Source: Salisapilia sapeloensis CBS 127946 (taxonomy: Eukaryota; Protista; Oomycota). Taken from it: a stretch of 63,321 nt of DNA. This document shows positions 23,018 through 33,725 of this stretch, one piece after another. The notes beneath the pieces are model-generated. The model had not been told where the DNA came from and made no database searches. It was given only the letters and a program-made list of their open reading frames with translations. The stretch lies in NCBI GenBank assembly GCA_023334545.1, contig JAADVB010000092.1:1-63321 (forward strand), read 5' to 3'. Every line of letters starts with the position of its first letter. The first letter of the stretch is position 1. The position numbers and the translations under genes are program-made.

Positions 23018-23985
23018 ATGGATGTACCAACGGCTACGGCCGGACCTCTACCGACGTCCCAGCACCCTCATGAAGGACTGCTTGTGCTAGTGATTGACAC
23101 GAACCCTTTGCAATGGTTCCCGTCTATTGATGGAAGCCGAAATGATACAGGTGTGGGAGAAGGCGCGTTCCAGCAGCTCATTTCCAGCACGCTTGTGTTC
23201 GTGAATTCCTACTTGCTATTGCATCGGAGCAATCGTGTCGTCGTGATCGCAGCGCATGGAGGCAGCTCGGAAATCCTATATCCGAATCCTGATCAGGATG
23301 ACACGACTGGTGCAGCAGAGCAGGCGTCAAAGGTGAATGAACAAGTCATTAATCGACTGCGAGAACTGAACGTACGAGGCGAAAAGAGCAAAAAGTCAAA
23401 CGACTCGGCTATCGCAGCCTCTCTATCCAGAGCACTTTGCTGTAAGATCTTGTTCTAATATGCTACTGGCAGCCTATTCACTTCATGCATATAGTTATTA
23501 ATCGAGCCATGAATGACGAAATGGAGCTCCATCCTCGGATCCTAGTGCTGCAAAAGTCCGCCGATGTGCCTCATCAGTATATTTCGATGATGAACGCCAT
23601 CTTCTCTGCACAAAAGAAGAGCGTGGCCGTCGACGCCTGCATCCTCGGCCATGAGCCGTCCTCTTTTCTGCAGCAGGCAACATATTTAACCGGTGGCGTC
23701 TACTACAAACCGTCCAACCAGTCTGCATTGTTACAATACCTCATTTCGATCTACTTGCCCGATCCGTCGACTCGGCAGTTGTTAAAGCTTCCAGCTCAAG
23801 ACTCGGTAGACTTCCGGGCCATGTGCTTTTGCCACAAACGAGTCGTATCCGCTGCATACGTCTGTCCAGTCTGTCTCTCGCTCTTCTGTGAGTTCAAGCC
23901 CATTTGCTCCACTTGCGGTATTCGAAGTCGGATCCAACCGAATAAGCAACTCAATGCTCCAACTAAAAAGCAACGGACTCGCTAA
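23018..23985 (+). CDS. GTF2H3: TFIIH p34/Tfb4 subunit
   Basis: vWA-like LLVLVIDTNP, NAIFSAQKK, FLQQATYLTGGVY, C4 finger CFCH...CPVCLSLFC...CSTC; intron 23442-23494. Confidence 0.93.
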
Positions 23986-24283
23986 CTAAATAACCATCAT
24001 CTTTCAAAGATTTCGTAAAGATATCCATTATATTGAAGCTTCATCTAGATATCCAAATGTTCGTATAGAGTCTTTACTTGTCATTAGGCCGATAACCATC
24101 CACTTCCTCTAGCGGGGAGATCTGACCACGATCTCATTCGTATGGTGTCTCAGCATTATGCAGTGATTGGCTTATCTGAAAAGCATATTTCAATGATTGG
24201 TTAGCACCAATCTAATGCTTGCAACCTTTTTCACTAGAAAGCGAATAACTCGAGTGAGAGATGGCGAGGTGAGTTCATGGACA

Positions 24284-24302
24284 CTTCATTCCGCCATTTT
24301 CC
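24284..24302 (+). promoter_or_regulatory. Oomycete INR-FPR core promoter of trpA
   Basis: TCATTCCGCCATTTTCC has one mismatch to TCATTYYNCAWTTTNYY and lies ~40 nt before the ATG; CCAAT elements occur at ~24166 and 24195-24212. Confidence 0.55.
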
Positions 24303-24328
24303 ATCCAACCCACATTTTTCTCTCGACA

Positions 24329-25240
24329 ATGTCTAGACAAACGATTGCCCAAGCGTTCGCGGATGCGAAGGAACGACAGACGCCAGCCTTTGTCGCGTAT
24401 GTGCCTTGTGGGTACAAGACGAAAGCAGACACCGTCGAGATCCTCCTTGCTCTAGAGCGAGGTGGTGCTAGCATCATTGAGGTAAATGCATTTGCTGTAT
24501 TATGTAACGTCACCTATCTCACAGCTATATATGGTAGCTCGGTATCCCGTACTCGGACCCACAGGCCGATGGCCCGACCATCCAAAAGGCACATCAAGTG
24601 GGTGTCGACCAAGGCATCACGCTGCCGCACGTCCTCGAGGTCGTCACGGAGGCCCGATCCAAGGGATTGACGCTGCCGCTGGTTCTCATGGGCTACTACA
24701 ACAACATTCTACAGTACGGTGAAGAGCGCATGTGCAAATCGTCGGCGGAAGCAGGTGTCGATGGCTTCATCATCGTCGACTTGCCTGCTGGTGAAGCTAA
24801 GACGCTGACGGAGCTGGCCAGTGCCCACAGCATCGACTTCATTTCGCTCGTGTCGCCAACGACGACAGAAGAGCGTATGAAGGACGTGGCCAAGGTTGCC
24901 CGTGGATTCGTCTACTGCGTCAGTGTGAACGGTGTGACTGGAGCACGTGAGTCGTTGCCGGAAGGCATTGAAGCCTTCATGAGCAAAGGTAGTCTTGCAT
25001 CCTTTCGATACATATTGTACAATCATATTAAACGATGACACAGTCCGAAGCCACTTGAATCTACCGCTGGCGCTCGGCTTTGGCTTGTCGACGAGAGAGC
25101 ACTTTATGGAAGCGTCCAAGTACGCGGACGGTGTCGTCATGGGCTCCAAGATCGTCAAGGTCATTGAAGAAGCTGGTGACAGCACCCAGGCGCGTGCCGA
25201 CGCTGTAGAAAAGTTCTGCAAGTCTATCGTACAGGGTTAA
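24329..25240 (+). CDS. trpA: Tryptophan synthase alpha subunit (stand-alone), 3 exons
   Basis: IIE|LGIPYSDPQADGPTIQ (catalytic Glu and Asp), LMGYYN, GVDGFIIVDLP, GVTG, LGFGLS, ADGVVMGS; introns 24482-24537 and 24989-25043. Confidence 0.95.
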
Positions 25241-25711
25241 AGAGAATAGATACGCAGTACGATCAATCTTTCATACCATGATCCTTTCGTCTACCATAAA
25301 ATTGACCATCGAAGCAATATTACTTTGCTCATTCAGTTTTGTACTTTATATATTGCTCATTCGCTTATAATTAAACTTGGTCATTTGGGCGAGTCGATAA
25401 CTTGTTGTATTCATTTTTGAAAGGTCAGTAGATCGAGCCCCATGGGGGACGCATTCTTCGAAGCCTAGCGTGTCCGTACCATTGGGCTAAGGGCTGGGTC
25501 AAAAGACATGCAATATTACGAGACATTGTCAGCTCATCAGGGTGTCAGACTCGGTTCGACTATACCGAGAAACTGCCAATCGATGGGCGTACATGCTTTT
25601 TAAATTGGACAAGTTGAAGTCGAGATCGTTAAAGGTCGTTTTGGATGAAAATGGAATGAGGAAAACTACTATCTTTGCTTTGTGTGTAAATTTAGTTTTG
25701 AGGTACTTTCG

Positions 25712-26515
25712 ATGGAAGGAGGGACGAGTGAATGGGAGATGGTGCATGCCATGGACATGCATGCTCTCGAAGAGCTGAAGCAACGTGGAAATATGCACAT
25801 GCAACAGCGAGAGTTCAAGGCTGCGATTAGCATCTACACGTCCATTTTAAAGAGCTTGGATGCTAGTTCGCCTTCCACACCGGAAGAAACGTCTCGCGTC
25901 ACTACTTTAGAGCGATTGGTGCACTTGAATCGCGCCATGGCCTATTTAGAGTCGCAGGATGCCAGCAGTCTTATGAAAGCTGAGAGAGATTGCAACTTTG
26001 TGCTGGCGAAAGACACCAATTGTGTTAAGGCTCTGTATCGTCGTGCATTAACCAAGGAGCGTCTCCACAAGCAACGAGTATGATTTATGTATATATTAAC
26101 TAGTCTAAAACTAGCTCATGCTGTCTACTAGGAAGCTTTACTTGACGCGTTAGAGATTCAACGAATGGAGCCATCCAACCCTGCTGCTCTAGAGCTAGTA
26201 GCTCGCCTCAAGTCCTACGAGGCACAAGAAGATCATCCTCCAGCCAAGACTGAAACTAATGTAGATGATGTCTGGAAGTCACTCCAGTTAGAAGAGCAAC
26301 AAGTGAAAAAGGTATTTCAAAGTAGACGTCCAGACACCGTCCACAGTACACAAGACCAGGCTCGCTGGACGCATATCAAGTACGATGGTATCCCAGAAGA
26401 GATCCAGCGCAAGACAGAGGACGACTGGCAATCGCTTTTGCAGGAGGAAGATCGGACCATGCACAAGGTGTTTAGTCGATCCACATCCAAAAGCAACGAC
26501 TCGGTCAAGGTCTAA
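25712..26515 (+). CDS. TPR-repeat protein
   Basis: LKQRGN...F..AI..Y, LNRAMAYL, KALYRRA TPR motifs; intron 26078-26131. Confidence 0.8.
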
Positions 26516-26540
26516 GGACGCTGTAAAGAAATAAAATATA

Positions 26541-29500
26541 TTAGATGCGCGTCGCTCGCATTCGGAGACCGCAGCCATCGCAAGTACTAGTGGACATGTG
26601 GTTTTCTAAAGTGCACCTGGAGCAACTCCACGTTTCCTTGTCGTCCGTTGCACTGCCTGTCGATGTCGTACCTGCAGAGAATGTACGTTGTAAGTCCTCT
26701 AGATCATCACTAGCCTCCGCTTGTTTCAACCGCAGACGACTACGCTTCCGTGGCGTCTGGCTCAACCCTCCCGTATCCGAAGACTGTGTATTACCTGTAG
26801 GTTGACTGTTGTCGTCGCTCTTGGTCGACGCGGCGTCCTTGGCAAGCAACGACTGTCGTCTCAATGCCTCCTCTAGTCCCATAGGCGCTTTCGTCATAGG
26901 CTTCTGGGATGTAATAGCTGGTGCCTTGCGTGGTGGCTCGACCACATCTACCTCCGACTCTTCACTCTCATCTATTGCGATCGGAACGACTTCATCCTCA
27001 GCTTCGTCCATTGGTGCATCCATGAGATCATCCTCTAAATCACTTTCCCCACCACTACTCTGTGCAGACTCCTCTTCCTCTGACGTATTATCCACCTTCT
27101 TCGTCTTTCTCTTCTTCGCATTCTTTTTCTCTTCTTCCAACTGTCGCTTCTTATTCGCAGCTTCGATCTTTTCCATCCGCTTCCGCTTGCGTTCAGTCTC
27201 ACGAGCTTTCTCATCATCTTCATTCTCCATCTGATGCGTCTGAAGTAACTCCCAGTCCACTCGACAAGAGAACGCAAAACTCACGAGCTCTTGCTGGACG
27301 TCTCGCAATGCCGCTTGCATCACTTCGTCGTCTACGGACTCGTACGCACGATGATGACCCCAATTATTCAAGTCTTCTTCAGGTGGCATGCCGATCTGAG
27401 GATGATAATTCTTCACCTCTCCAGAGACCTCACTCACATCTGTTTCAGGTCGATCTTCATCACTCGAAAGCGTACCGTCCAAACTCTCTGCATCATCATC
27501 GTATCCCTCTCGACTCTTCTTCGTACTACGCCAGTTACATCGCTCGCATTTCAGTTGGTCGTGCGTATCCGACAATGTTCCCTTCTCCAGAACAAACAAC
27601 CGCTTCAGGTCTTTCGATGATAAGGAATTCACCTCCTCTTTATCATCCACGATGCTCTGCAATCCTTCCTTGGATAACTGTCGCTGGAAGATCTTCTCTT
27701 CCAGTGTTCCAGTAGCCAAGAAACGGTAGATGTAGCACGTGTGCTTCTGACCTTCTCGCCAAACACGAGCAGCGGCCTGTTTATCTGTCGCTGGATTCCA
27801 ATCCGGATCGAAGAGCACCAAACGGTTCGCACCAATCAAGTTGAGGCCACACCCGCCAGCTTTACTCGACAGCAAGAAAGCAAATGAATCGGTATTCGGG
27901 TCATTGAATGTATCCACTAGTTTCTTGCGTTTCTTGCCGCTTGTTGTACCGTCCAAACGCACGAATGGAAGGCTACGCTCATGGCAGAGGTCCGAAACTA
28001 CGTCGAGTGTCTGAGTGTAATTGGAGACGACCACAATGCGTTCCTTTGTCATGCGACGCATGGATAGCATCAAACGGTCTAGGAGCAACATCTTGCCGGA
28101 CCATTCGGAATGACACGTTCTTCCGCTTCCACCTGCAGACGAGCGTCGTCTTGTCAAGCCATTGTTTTTCTGAGGAGCAGATGCCGGTGGTGGCGGAGGA
28201 GGAAGAGACTTTGCTTGCACAAAGTACTGCGCACAATCGTTAAAACCAGGTAGTTTAGTGTTTGTCTTGCCATTGTCATCAAAAATAAGCGACGGATGAT
28301 TGCACAGCTTTTTCAATGCTGTGATCGAAGCCAAGACTGGCGCATTCTCCTTGTCCATTAGCTTCTTAAAAGCACTCGAGCGTAGGAAATGAGTGTACAG
28401 ATCCATCTGCAGTGCACTCAAGGAGCAGCAAACCACCTGCGTGATCTTCGGAGGTAGATGCTTTGCGTTAAGCACGTTACCACGACGTAAGATAAACTGG
28501 TTTACAACCTCGTACAGCATAGCTGTACACGCCTGGGCTTTCTCACGCTCCGAATCCGTGGAGTCAGGCTCTCTCCCAACCAAGATCGGGTTCAAGTAGT
28601 TCTTGCGGAATTCATTTGGCTCTCCGAGAATATTCGGGTTCGTAAAGTCAGCCATCGCATAGAATTCATCCAAATCGTTTTGCATAGGAGTACCCGATAG
28701 CAAAATACGCTTTCGACACGCGAGGGATGATAATGCACGATTGATCTGCGAGTTGGCGTTTTTAAGTCGATGGGCTTCATCACAGATAAGGAGCTCGCAA
28801 CTACTAGGCGCATTGTGGAACTTTGCAGCATGCATGCGGAAAGTCTCATAAGAGATGATGAGCACCTGTGCAGCATTCTTGCTCATAAAGGCAGATTGGT
28901 TGGGCTTGCTACCACCAATGAACTTGCTGATGTTCTGGATCACAATGTCACGGCTGGCCTCAAACAGCGCAATCGTCTTGACCCGACCATTGAGCCACTT
29001 GGTGATTTCGTCATCCCAGTTCTTGACAAGAGATGTCGGGCATACAACAATTGCACGTCGAATCGTCGGTTCCTTTACGGCTTCCATGCTCGTGCATAGC
29101 AACGTGTACATAATTGCGATACTTTGCAATGTTTTACCGAGACCCATGTCATCGGCTAAAATGCAGCCTTGGCCGTCAAACCCACGCACTTGGCACACGC
29201 AGTCAAACATAAATTGAACACCCTCGCGCTGATGCGGTCGCAAGAACTTGCCGACAATCTCAGGAACGACAACTTTGCGTTCTGGGTCTTCTTCACTCTG
29301 CCAAAGCACCAGAGGTGGAGGAGCATTTTCATCTGCCTTACTCGGTCCAACGTCAAGTTCTACGTCTTCACTATCTTCCTCTTCCTCGCTCAAGTCGCCT
29401 TCCACCTCCATCGCATTATGCGGAACGAGTGGTGCACTTGGCACACCAGTAAATCGCCGTCGCATCCCAAGTGTCTTTACTTGCAACAGTCGGTCGCTTT

Positions 29501-29759
29501 CAGCAGAGCGTATGCCTTCACAAGGTGTCTTAAATTGCTGATGCACGCGCTTTGTCTTCACACCGTCCGCCAAAAACGACAAAATAGGCAGCTTTTTAAT
29601 CGCCAACGACCCTCCGTTACGCATAGCACGTCGATTTGTCATTGCACTCTCATCATCCTCTGTTGTAGTGCTCCTCTTCGTCGGTGGCACGAACGGCTTT
29701 TGCCCTGAAGGTGTGTTGCCGCCTGGAGAAGACTGTGGGCGACGACGTAGGAGCGACAT
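26541..29759 (-). CDS. RAD54: Rad54 SNF2-family recombination ATPase with a C-terminal RanBP2/NZF zinc finger; intronless
   Basis: LRPHQREGV, GCILADDMGLGKTLQ, DEAHRLKN, LSGTPMQNDL, LSSKAGGCGLNL, QAAARVWREGQK, HDQLKCERC. Confidence 0.93.
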   Translation of the reverse strand: MSLLRRRPQSSPGGNTPSGQKPFVPPTKRSTTTEDDESAMTNRRAMRNGGSLAIKKLPILSFLADGVKTKRVHQQFKTPCEGIRSAESDRLLQVKTLGMRRRFTGVPSAPLVPHNAMEVEGDLSEEEEDSEDVELDVGPSKADENAPPPLVLWQSEEDPERKVVVPEIVGKFLRPHQREGVQFMFDCVCQVRGFDGQGCILADDMGLGKTLQSIAIMYTLLCTSMEAVKEPTIRRAIVVCPTSLVKNWDDEITKWLNGRVKTIALFEASRDIVIQNISKFIGGSKPNQSAFMSKNAAQVLIISYETFRMHAAKFHNAPSSCELLICDEAHRLKNANSQINRALSSLACRKRILLSGTPMQNDLDEFYAMADFTNPNILGEPNEFRKNYLNPILVGREPDSTDSEREKAQACTAMLYEVVNQFILRRGNVLNAKHLPPKITQVVCCSLSALQMDLYTHFLRSSAFKKLMDKENAPVLASITALKKLCNHPSLIFDDNGKTNTKLPGFNDCAQYFVQAKSLPPPPPPASAPQKNNGLTRRRSSAGGSGRTCHSEWSGKMLLLDRLMLSMRRMTKERIVVVSNYTQTLDVVSDLCHERSLPFVRLDGTTSGKKRKKLVDTFNDPNTDSFAFLLSSKAGGCGLNLIGANRLVLFDPDWNPATDKQAAARVWREGQKHTCYIYRFLATGTLEEKIFQRQLSKEGLQSIVDDKEEVNSLSSKDLKRLFVLEKGTLSDTHDQLKCERCNWRSTKKSREGYDDDAESLDGTLSSDEDRPETDVSEVSGEVKNYHPQIGMPPEEDLNNWGHHRAYESVDDEVMQAALRDVQQELVSFAFSCRVDWELLQTHQMENEDDEKARETERKRKRMEKIEAANKKRQLEEEKKNAKKRKTKKVDNTSEEEESAQSSGGESDLEDDLMDAPMDEAEDEVVPIAIDESEESEVDVVEPPRKAPAITSQKPMTKAPMGLEEALRRQSLLAKDAASTKSDDNSQPTGNTQSSDTGGLSQTPRKRSRLRLKQAEASDDLEDLQRTFSAGTTSTGSATDDKETWSCSRCTLENHMSTSTCDGCGLRMRATRI

Positions 29760-30089
29760 GTCCTAGCGTAGATAAGAGAGTAATCAAGAGCTCGTATAAG
29801 GTGGCAAGTAGCCTCTCGTCTACCGACAACTAGCGCAGCGACACGAGTGCGCGCGAACTATTTCCAACTGCAACTATTTGAAAGTGACTCTACAATTGTA
29901 TGTCTCCCGATGTGCCTATGTATTCGTTGAAATCTATTTCTCAAGACACGACCATTGGCTGAAATGCAACGTCTACATGTTGCACGAATGTAACAACTTG
30001 GCCGCAGCTCCTCGGGTCGCAGCGCACCGACTTACGAGAGGACTTGTCAGTCACCACTGCTTGACACCTTGTCTATCATTTGCATCTAA

Positions 30090-31869
30090 ATGGAAACTAC
30101 ATTGGAAGCATTTAAACGTATTAAACCTGTGGTGCAGTTTCAACGAGATGAAGCATCCTCTTCCAATAGTCTTCAGAAATGCTTGACATTGGTCGATTTG
30201 ATTGCGTACGGCGTCGGATGCTCCGTCGGTGCCGGTGTGTACTCTCTCGTCGGCGTCGGGGCACAAATTGCTGGTCCTGCAGTTTCACTGTCTTTCTTCA
30301 TCAGTGGCATTGCTTGCATTTTCACGTCACTCACCTATTCGGAGTTTGCAGCTCGCGTCCCTGTATGCCACTTGACACGCTGCATGTATCGTTGGACTAC
30401 ATAACTAAGCTTTGTGTATTGCAGATAACAGGAAGCGCATATACATTTGTCTATATCACATTTGGTGAACTATCAGCGTGGCTAATCGGGTGGAACTTGA
30501 CGCTCGGATATGGCATTTCCGCTGGTATCAGATGATCGTGTCTCCAACTTGTACTGCACTTACTAACTAGTGCATCATGTGTAGCTGGCATCGCGAGAAG
30601 TTGGTCTTCGTATGCTGAGCTGTTCCTACAACACCTTGGATTCCCTCTACCTCATGTCATTGTCGAAGTGGATATCATGGGAGTCACCTGCAGCATCTTG
30701 GCCGCTCTTCTCGTCCTCTCATGCACTGCCATTCTACTCGCCGGTGTTCATGTATGCTACCTTGTGGCTACAAACAACCAATTATGCATTAAAAGTACTA
30801 TCTAACGTAGGAATCGGCCAAATTCAATGCCTTCGTGACGCTGCTCAACTTGCTCGTACTCTTCTTCGTCATCGTATACGGAGGTACTAAAGTCGATGCG
30901 TCCTACTGGCAACCTTTCATGCCAGAAGGAGCACATGGCGTCGTGACGGCAGCTGGCGTCGTCTTCTTCGCCTACTTGGGTTTCGACATGGTCGCATGTC
31001 TCGCAGAGGAAGTCCAGGAGCCACAGAAGACACTACCGAAGGGCATCATTGGCTCTCTACTTATCTCTATGACCGTCTACGTCGGTGTCTCGCTCGTCGT
31101 CACTGGCATGGCCCCCATCGATAAATTAGGAGGCGACGTTCCACTGATCAACGCATTCACTTTCCACCATCTCGGATGGGCAAGCCGTATCGTATCCTTC
31201 GGTTCCATCTTTGGTTTGACCACTGCAGCCTTCACATGCCTCATGGGTCAGCCACGCATCTTTTACCAAATGGCAAAGGATGGACTGCTTCCTCCTCTCT
31301 TCGCCAAATTGAGTCGCAGGAAGCAGGTGCCTGTCGCGTCCACTCTGTTCACAGGAGCATTGGTGGCACTCATCTCGTTCATCTTTGACCTCGGCTTCCT
31401 CGCCAACGTCATCTCTTGTGGCACTCTCCAGGTCTTTACGTTCGTGAATGCTGGCGTGCTCCTGTTGAGACTCGAGACGAGAAAGGAAGCGAAAGTGAGT
31501 GTCGTGACCAGAGTCATCTGCTTTGTCATACTCGCATTAGCGCTTTCGCTTTCATTCGTTCTAGATTTCCACTGGATCATCCACGCCATGTTGGCAGTCA
31601 TCCTAGCAGCATCTTTCACAAGCATCTGTCTCCTCGATCATGCAGAAGATAATAATGCAACGTTCCGCTGTCCATGGGTGCCGCTAGTACCTTGCTTGGG
31701 TATCTTCTCCAACATCTACATGATGACGAGCATTCCTGTTGGAGGTTGGTTTGGCGTTGGTGTCTGGCTGCTTATCGGTTTGCTTGTATATTTGTGCTAT
31801 GGGATCCATCATAGTGAATTGCGAAAGGATATGTCAACAGCGAAAGAGCCACTGCTAGAAGGAGTATAG
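30090..31869 (+). CDS. Cationic amino acid transporter (APC superfamily, CAT-like), multi-exon
   Basis: GVGCSVGAGVY, YSEFAARVP|..GSAY, FFAYLGFD, EEVQEPQKTLP, QPRIFYQMAKDGLLP, FRCPWVPLVP. Confidence 0.92.
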
Positions 31870-31962
31870 ATCATCAATCCTTGGATGGAAATACAAACAC
31901 TTTGGATGATGACAGATATCTATTTTCGGTAGATAATTGGTTTTTAGTCTACTTCTACCAAG

Positions 31963-33678
31963 ATGACTGACGGCCAGTCTTCGATTTTGCCATTCTTGCT
32001 ACCATATGCCCGAGACTCGGAGGAAATAGACGTGGTAAGCTATGGTAGTGACCGATGTGAACAAGAGCAAAACAGACAGGCGGGTGCTTTAATGCAGCCA
32101 TACTCATGTGCTGCAACGAAAACAGCGAGCAAGATGCTTCATAATCCGAATCTAGCTCGGCATATGCTAGCACGTGGTCAGCATCCTACGCACGACCTAG
32201 ACGATAAGAAGAAGTCTTCAAAACAAACAAAGGATTTTATGATTGCTTGTCAAAAGTTGTTCACTACTCTTGAGCAAGTAAATGGCAAAAGCGGTTCCAT
32301 CAAAGTGTACAATCTAAAGGATCTCTTTCAAACACTCGGAATGGAAATCAATGATGTCCAGTTTCGACAATGGGAGCATTCATTACCAGTGGACACCACG
32401 ACAGTTTCCATTACAATGTTCATCCAGGCTTGTCGGAGTTGGTTTGGAGAGAAACCCTTCTTAGAGCAAGTACAGAGGCTCCACCTTGACGCTGGAATGC
32501 CCCATGAAGGCCATAGCATGTCCAAGAGTGTATCTGCTCCACAACTTACCCATCCATATCGTCAGCTAGCTCAAGAAAGCGAAGATACCAAAGCGTTTGA
32601 TTATGAAGCATATGCCAACAGGCTACATCAGGAAGCGATGAAGCGAACGCACCACGAAACGCTTGCTCGTCGAGGTGAAGGCATGGTTCGTTCATCCAAA
32701 CAACTTCGCCGTAAAACTAAAGTATTGCAATCTATGCCGACTTTGCCAACAACACCTGAAGACCGTCTCAATTGCAAACCTTTACACGACCGCCTTCATG
32801 ATGAAATTCTTAGCCACAATATTCTTTCACACTGTGCGAAGCAAACACTAGCTACCAATTTAAATCGTATAAATGGCAGTGAACAAGCGTCTGCTGTATC
32901 TCGAGCTCGAAAAGCGCAAATGGTGCGGTCTGAAAAGCGTCGACAGGATACTGCCACTGCAAATGCCTTTGCTGCGAGCATCGGTATGATTGCGCGTCAC
33001 CTTCAGCATGAGGAACTACAGGAATCTCGAGCGCAGAAACAAGAAGTACAGAATGCAGTCGTAAACAGGAACAAATACAGTAAGCTGGAGCACAAAGTAC
33101 ACTACCGAGCGCGTGCGCGAGAGATCAAGTCACAGCAATTGCGAGAAGTGCAAGTAATGAAGGAGCTAGCGAGAGAAGAGGCTATGCTCGTGTCGTCTCA
33201 CTTAGCTCAGAAGCAAGCTCTTTTTGCTGCCAGTAAAACTCGCTTCGAGATGACAGCTTCCAGTAGTACCATATATCCACCACCTCCAGAGTTACTAGCA
33301 GCTAGAGCAACTGCCAAGACGAGCGAAGATTTAAAAGAGGTCGCTCTGATGGAAAAAGATCATTTAGAACGAGTTCGCAGCCTGCAACAACTTGATTATT
33401 CGTTCGACCGACGTCTAGCTATTCTGGAAGCCAATCGACCGCGCACTGAGGCCGGACTCGTCGACGTCGACATATCTGAATTACCGGATGATCGACTCGA
33501 GAAGTTACAAGATGAAGAGTTATGGCGGCAGTATTTGGAAATGCAAATTGAGCAAGGCAGGCTGGAATCACTGCCGTCGCGTGGTAACATTCCCCCTGCT
33601 GCCCTACGCTACTATGGAGAGATTCGACCAGTGCCTACACCAGCCTTCAATTCATCCGTCCAACGCTCATCATCCTAA
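31963..33678 (+). CDS. Hypothetical protein (571 aa, coiled-coil C-terminal half)
   Basis: Long ATG-initiated ORF; no recognised domain. Confidence 0.7.
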   Translation: MTDGQSSILPFLLPYARDSEEIDVVSYGSDRCEQEQNRQAGALMQPYSCAATKTASKMLHNPNLARHMLARGQHPTHDLDDKKKSSKQTKDFMIACQKLFTTLEQVNGKSGSIKVYNLKDLFQTLGMEINDVQFRQWEHSLPVDTTTVSITMFIQACRSWFGEKPFLEQVQRLHLDAGMPHEGHSMSKSVSAPQLTHPYRQLAQESEDTKAFDYEAYANRLHQEAMKRTHHETLARRGEGMVRSSKQLRRKTKVLQSMPTLPTTPEDRLNCKPLHDRLHDEILSHNILSHCAKQTLATNLNRINGSEQASAVSRARKAQMVRSEKRRQDTATANAFAASIGMIARHLQHEELQESRAQKQEVQNAVVNRNKYSKLEHKVHYRARAREIKSQQLREVQVMKELAREEAMLVSSHLAQKQALFAASKTRFEMTASSSTIYPPPPELLAARATAKTSEDLKEVALMEKDHLERVRSLQQLDYSFDRRLAILEANRPRTEAGLVDVDISELPDDRLEKLQDEELWRQYLEMQIEQGRLESLPSRGNIPPAALRYYGEIRPVPTPAFNSSVQRSSS

Positions 33679-33725
33679 GACTCACAAAGGCTGACTGATG
33701 CAAAAAGAAAAATTTATTTGTCCAT

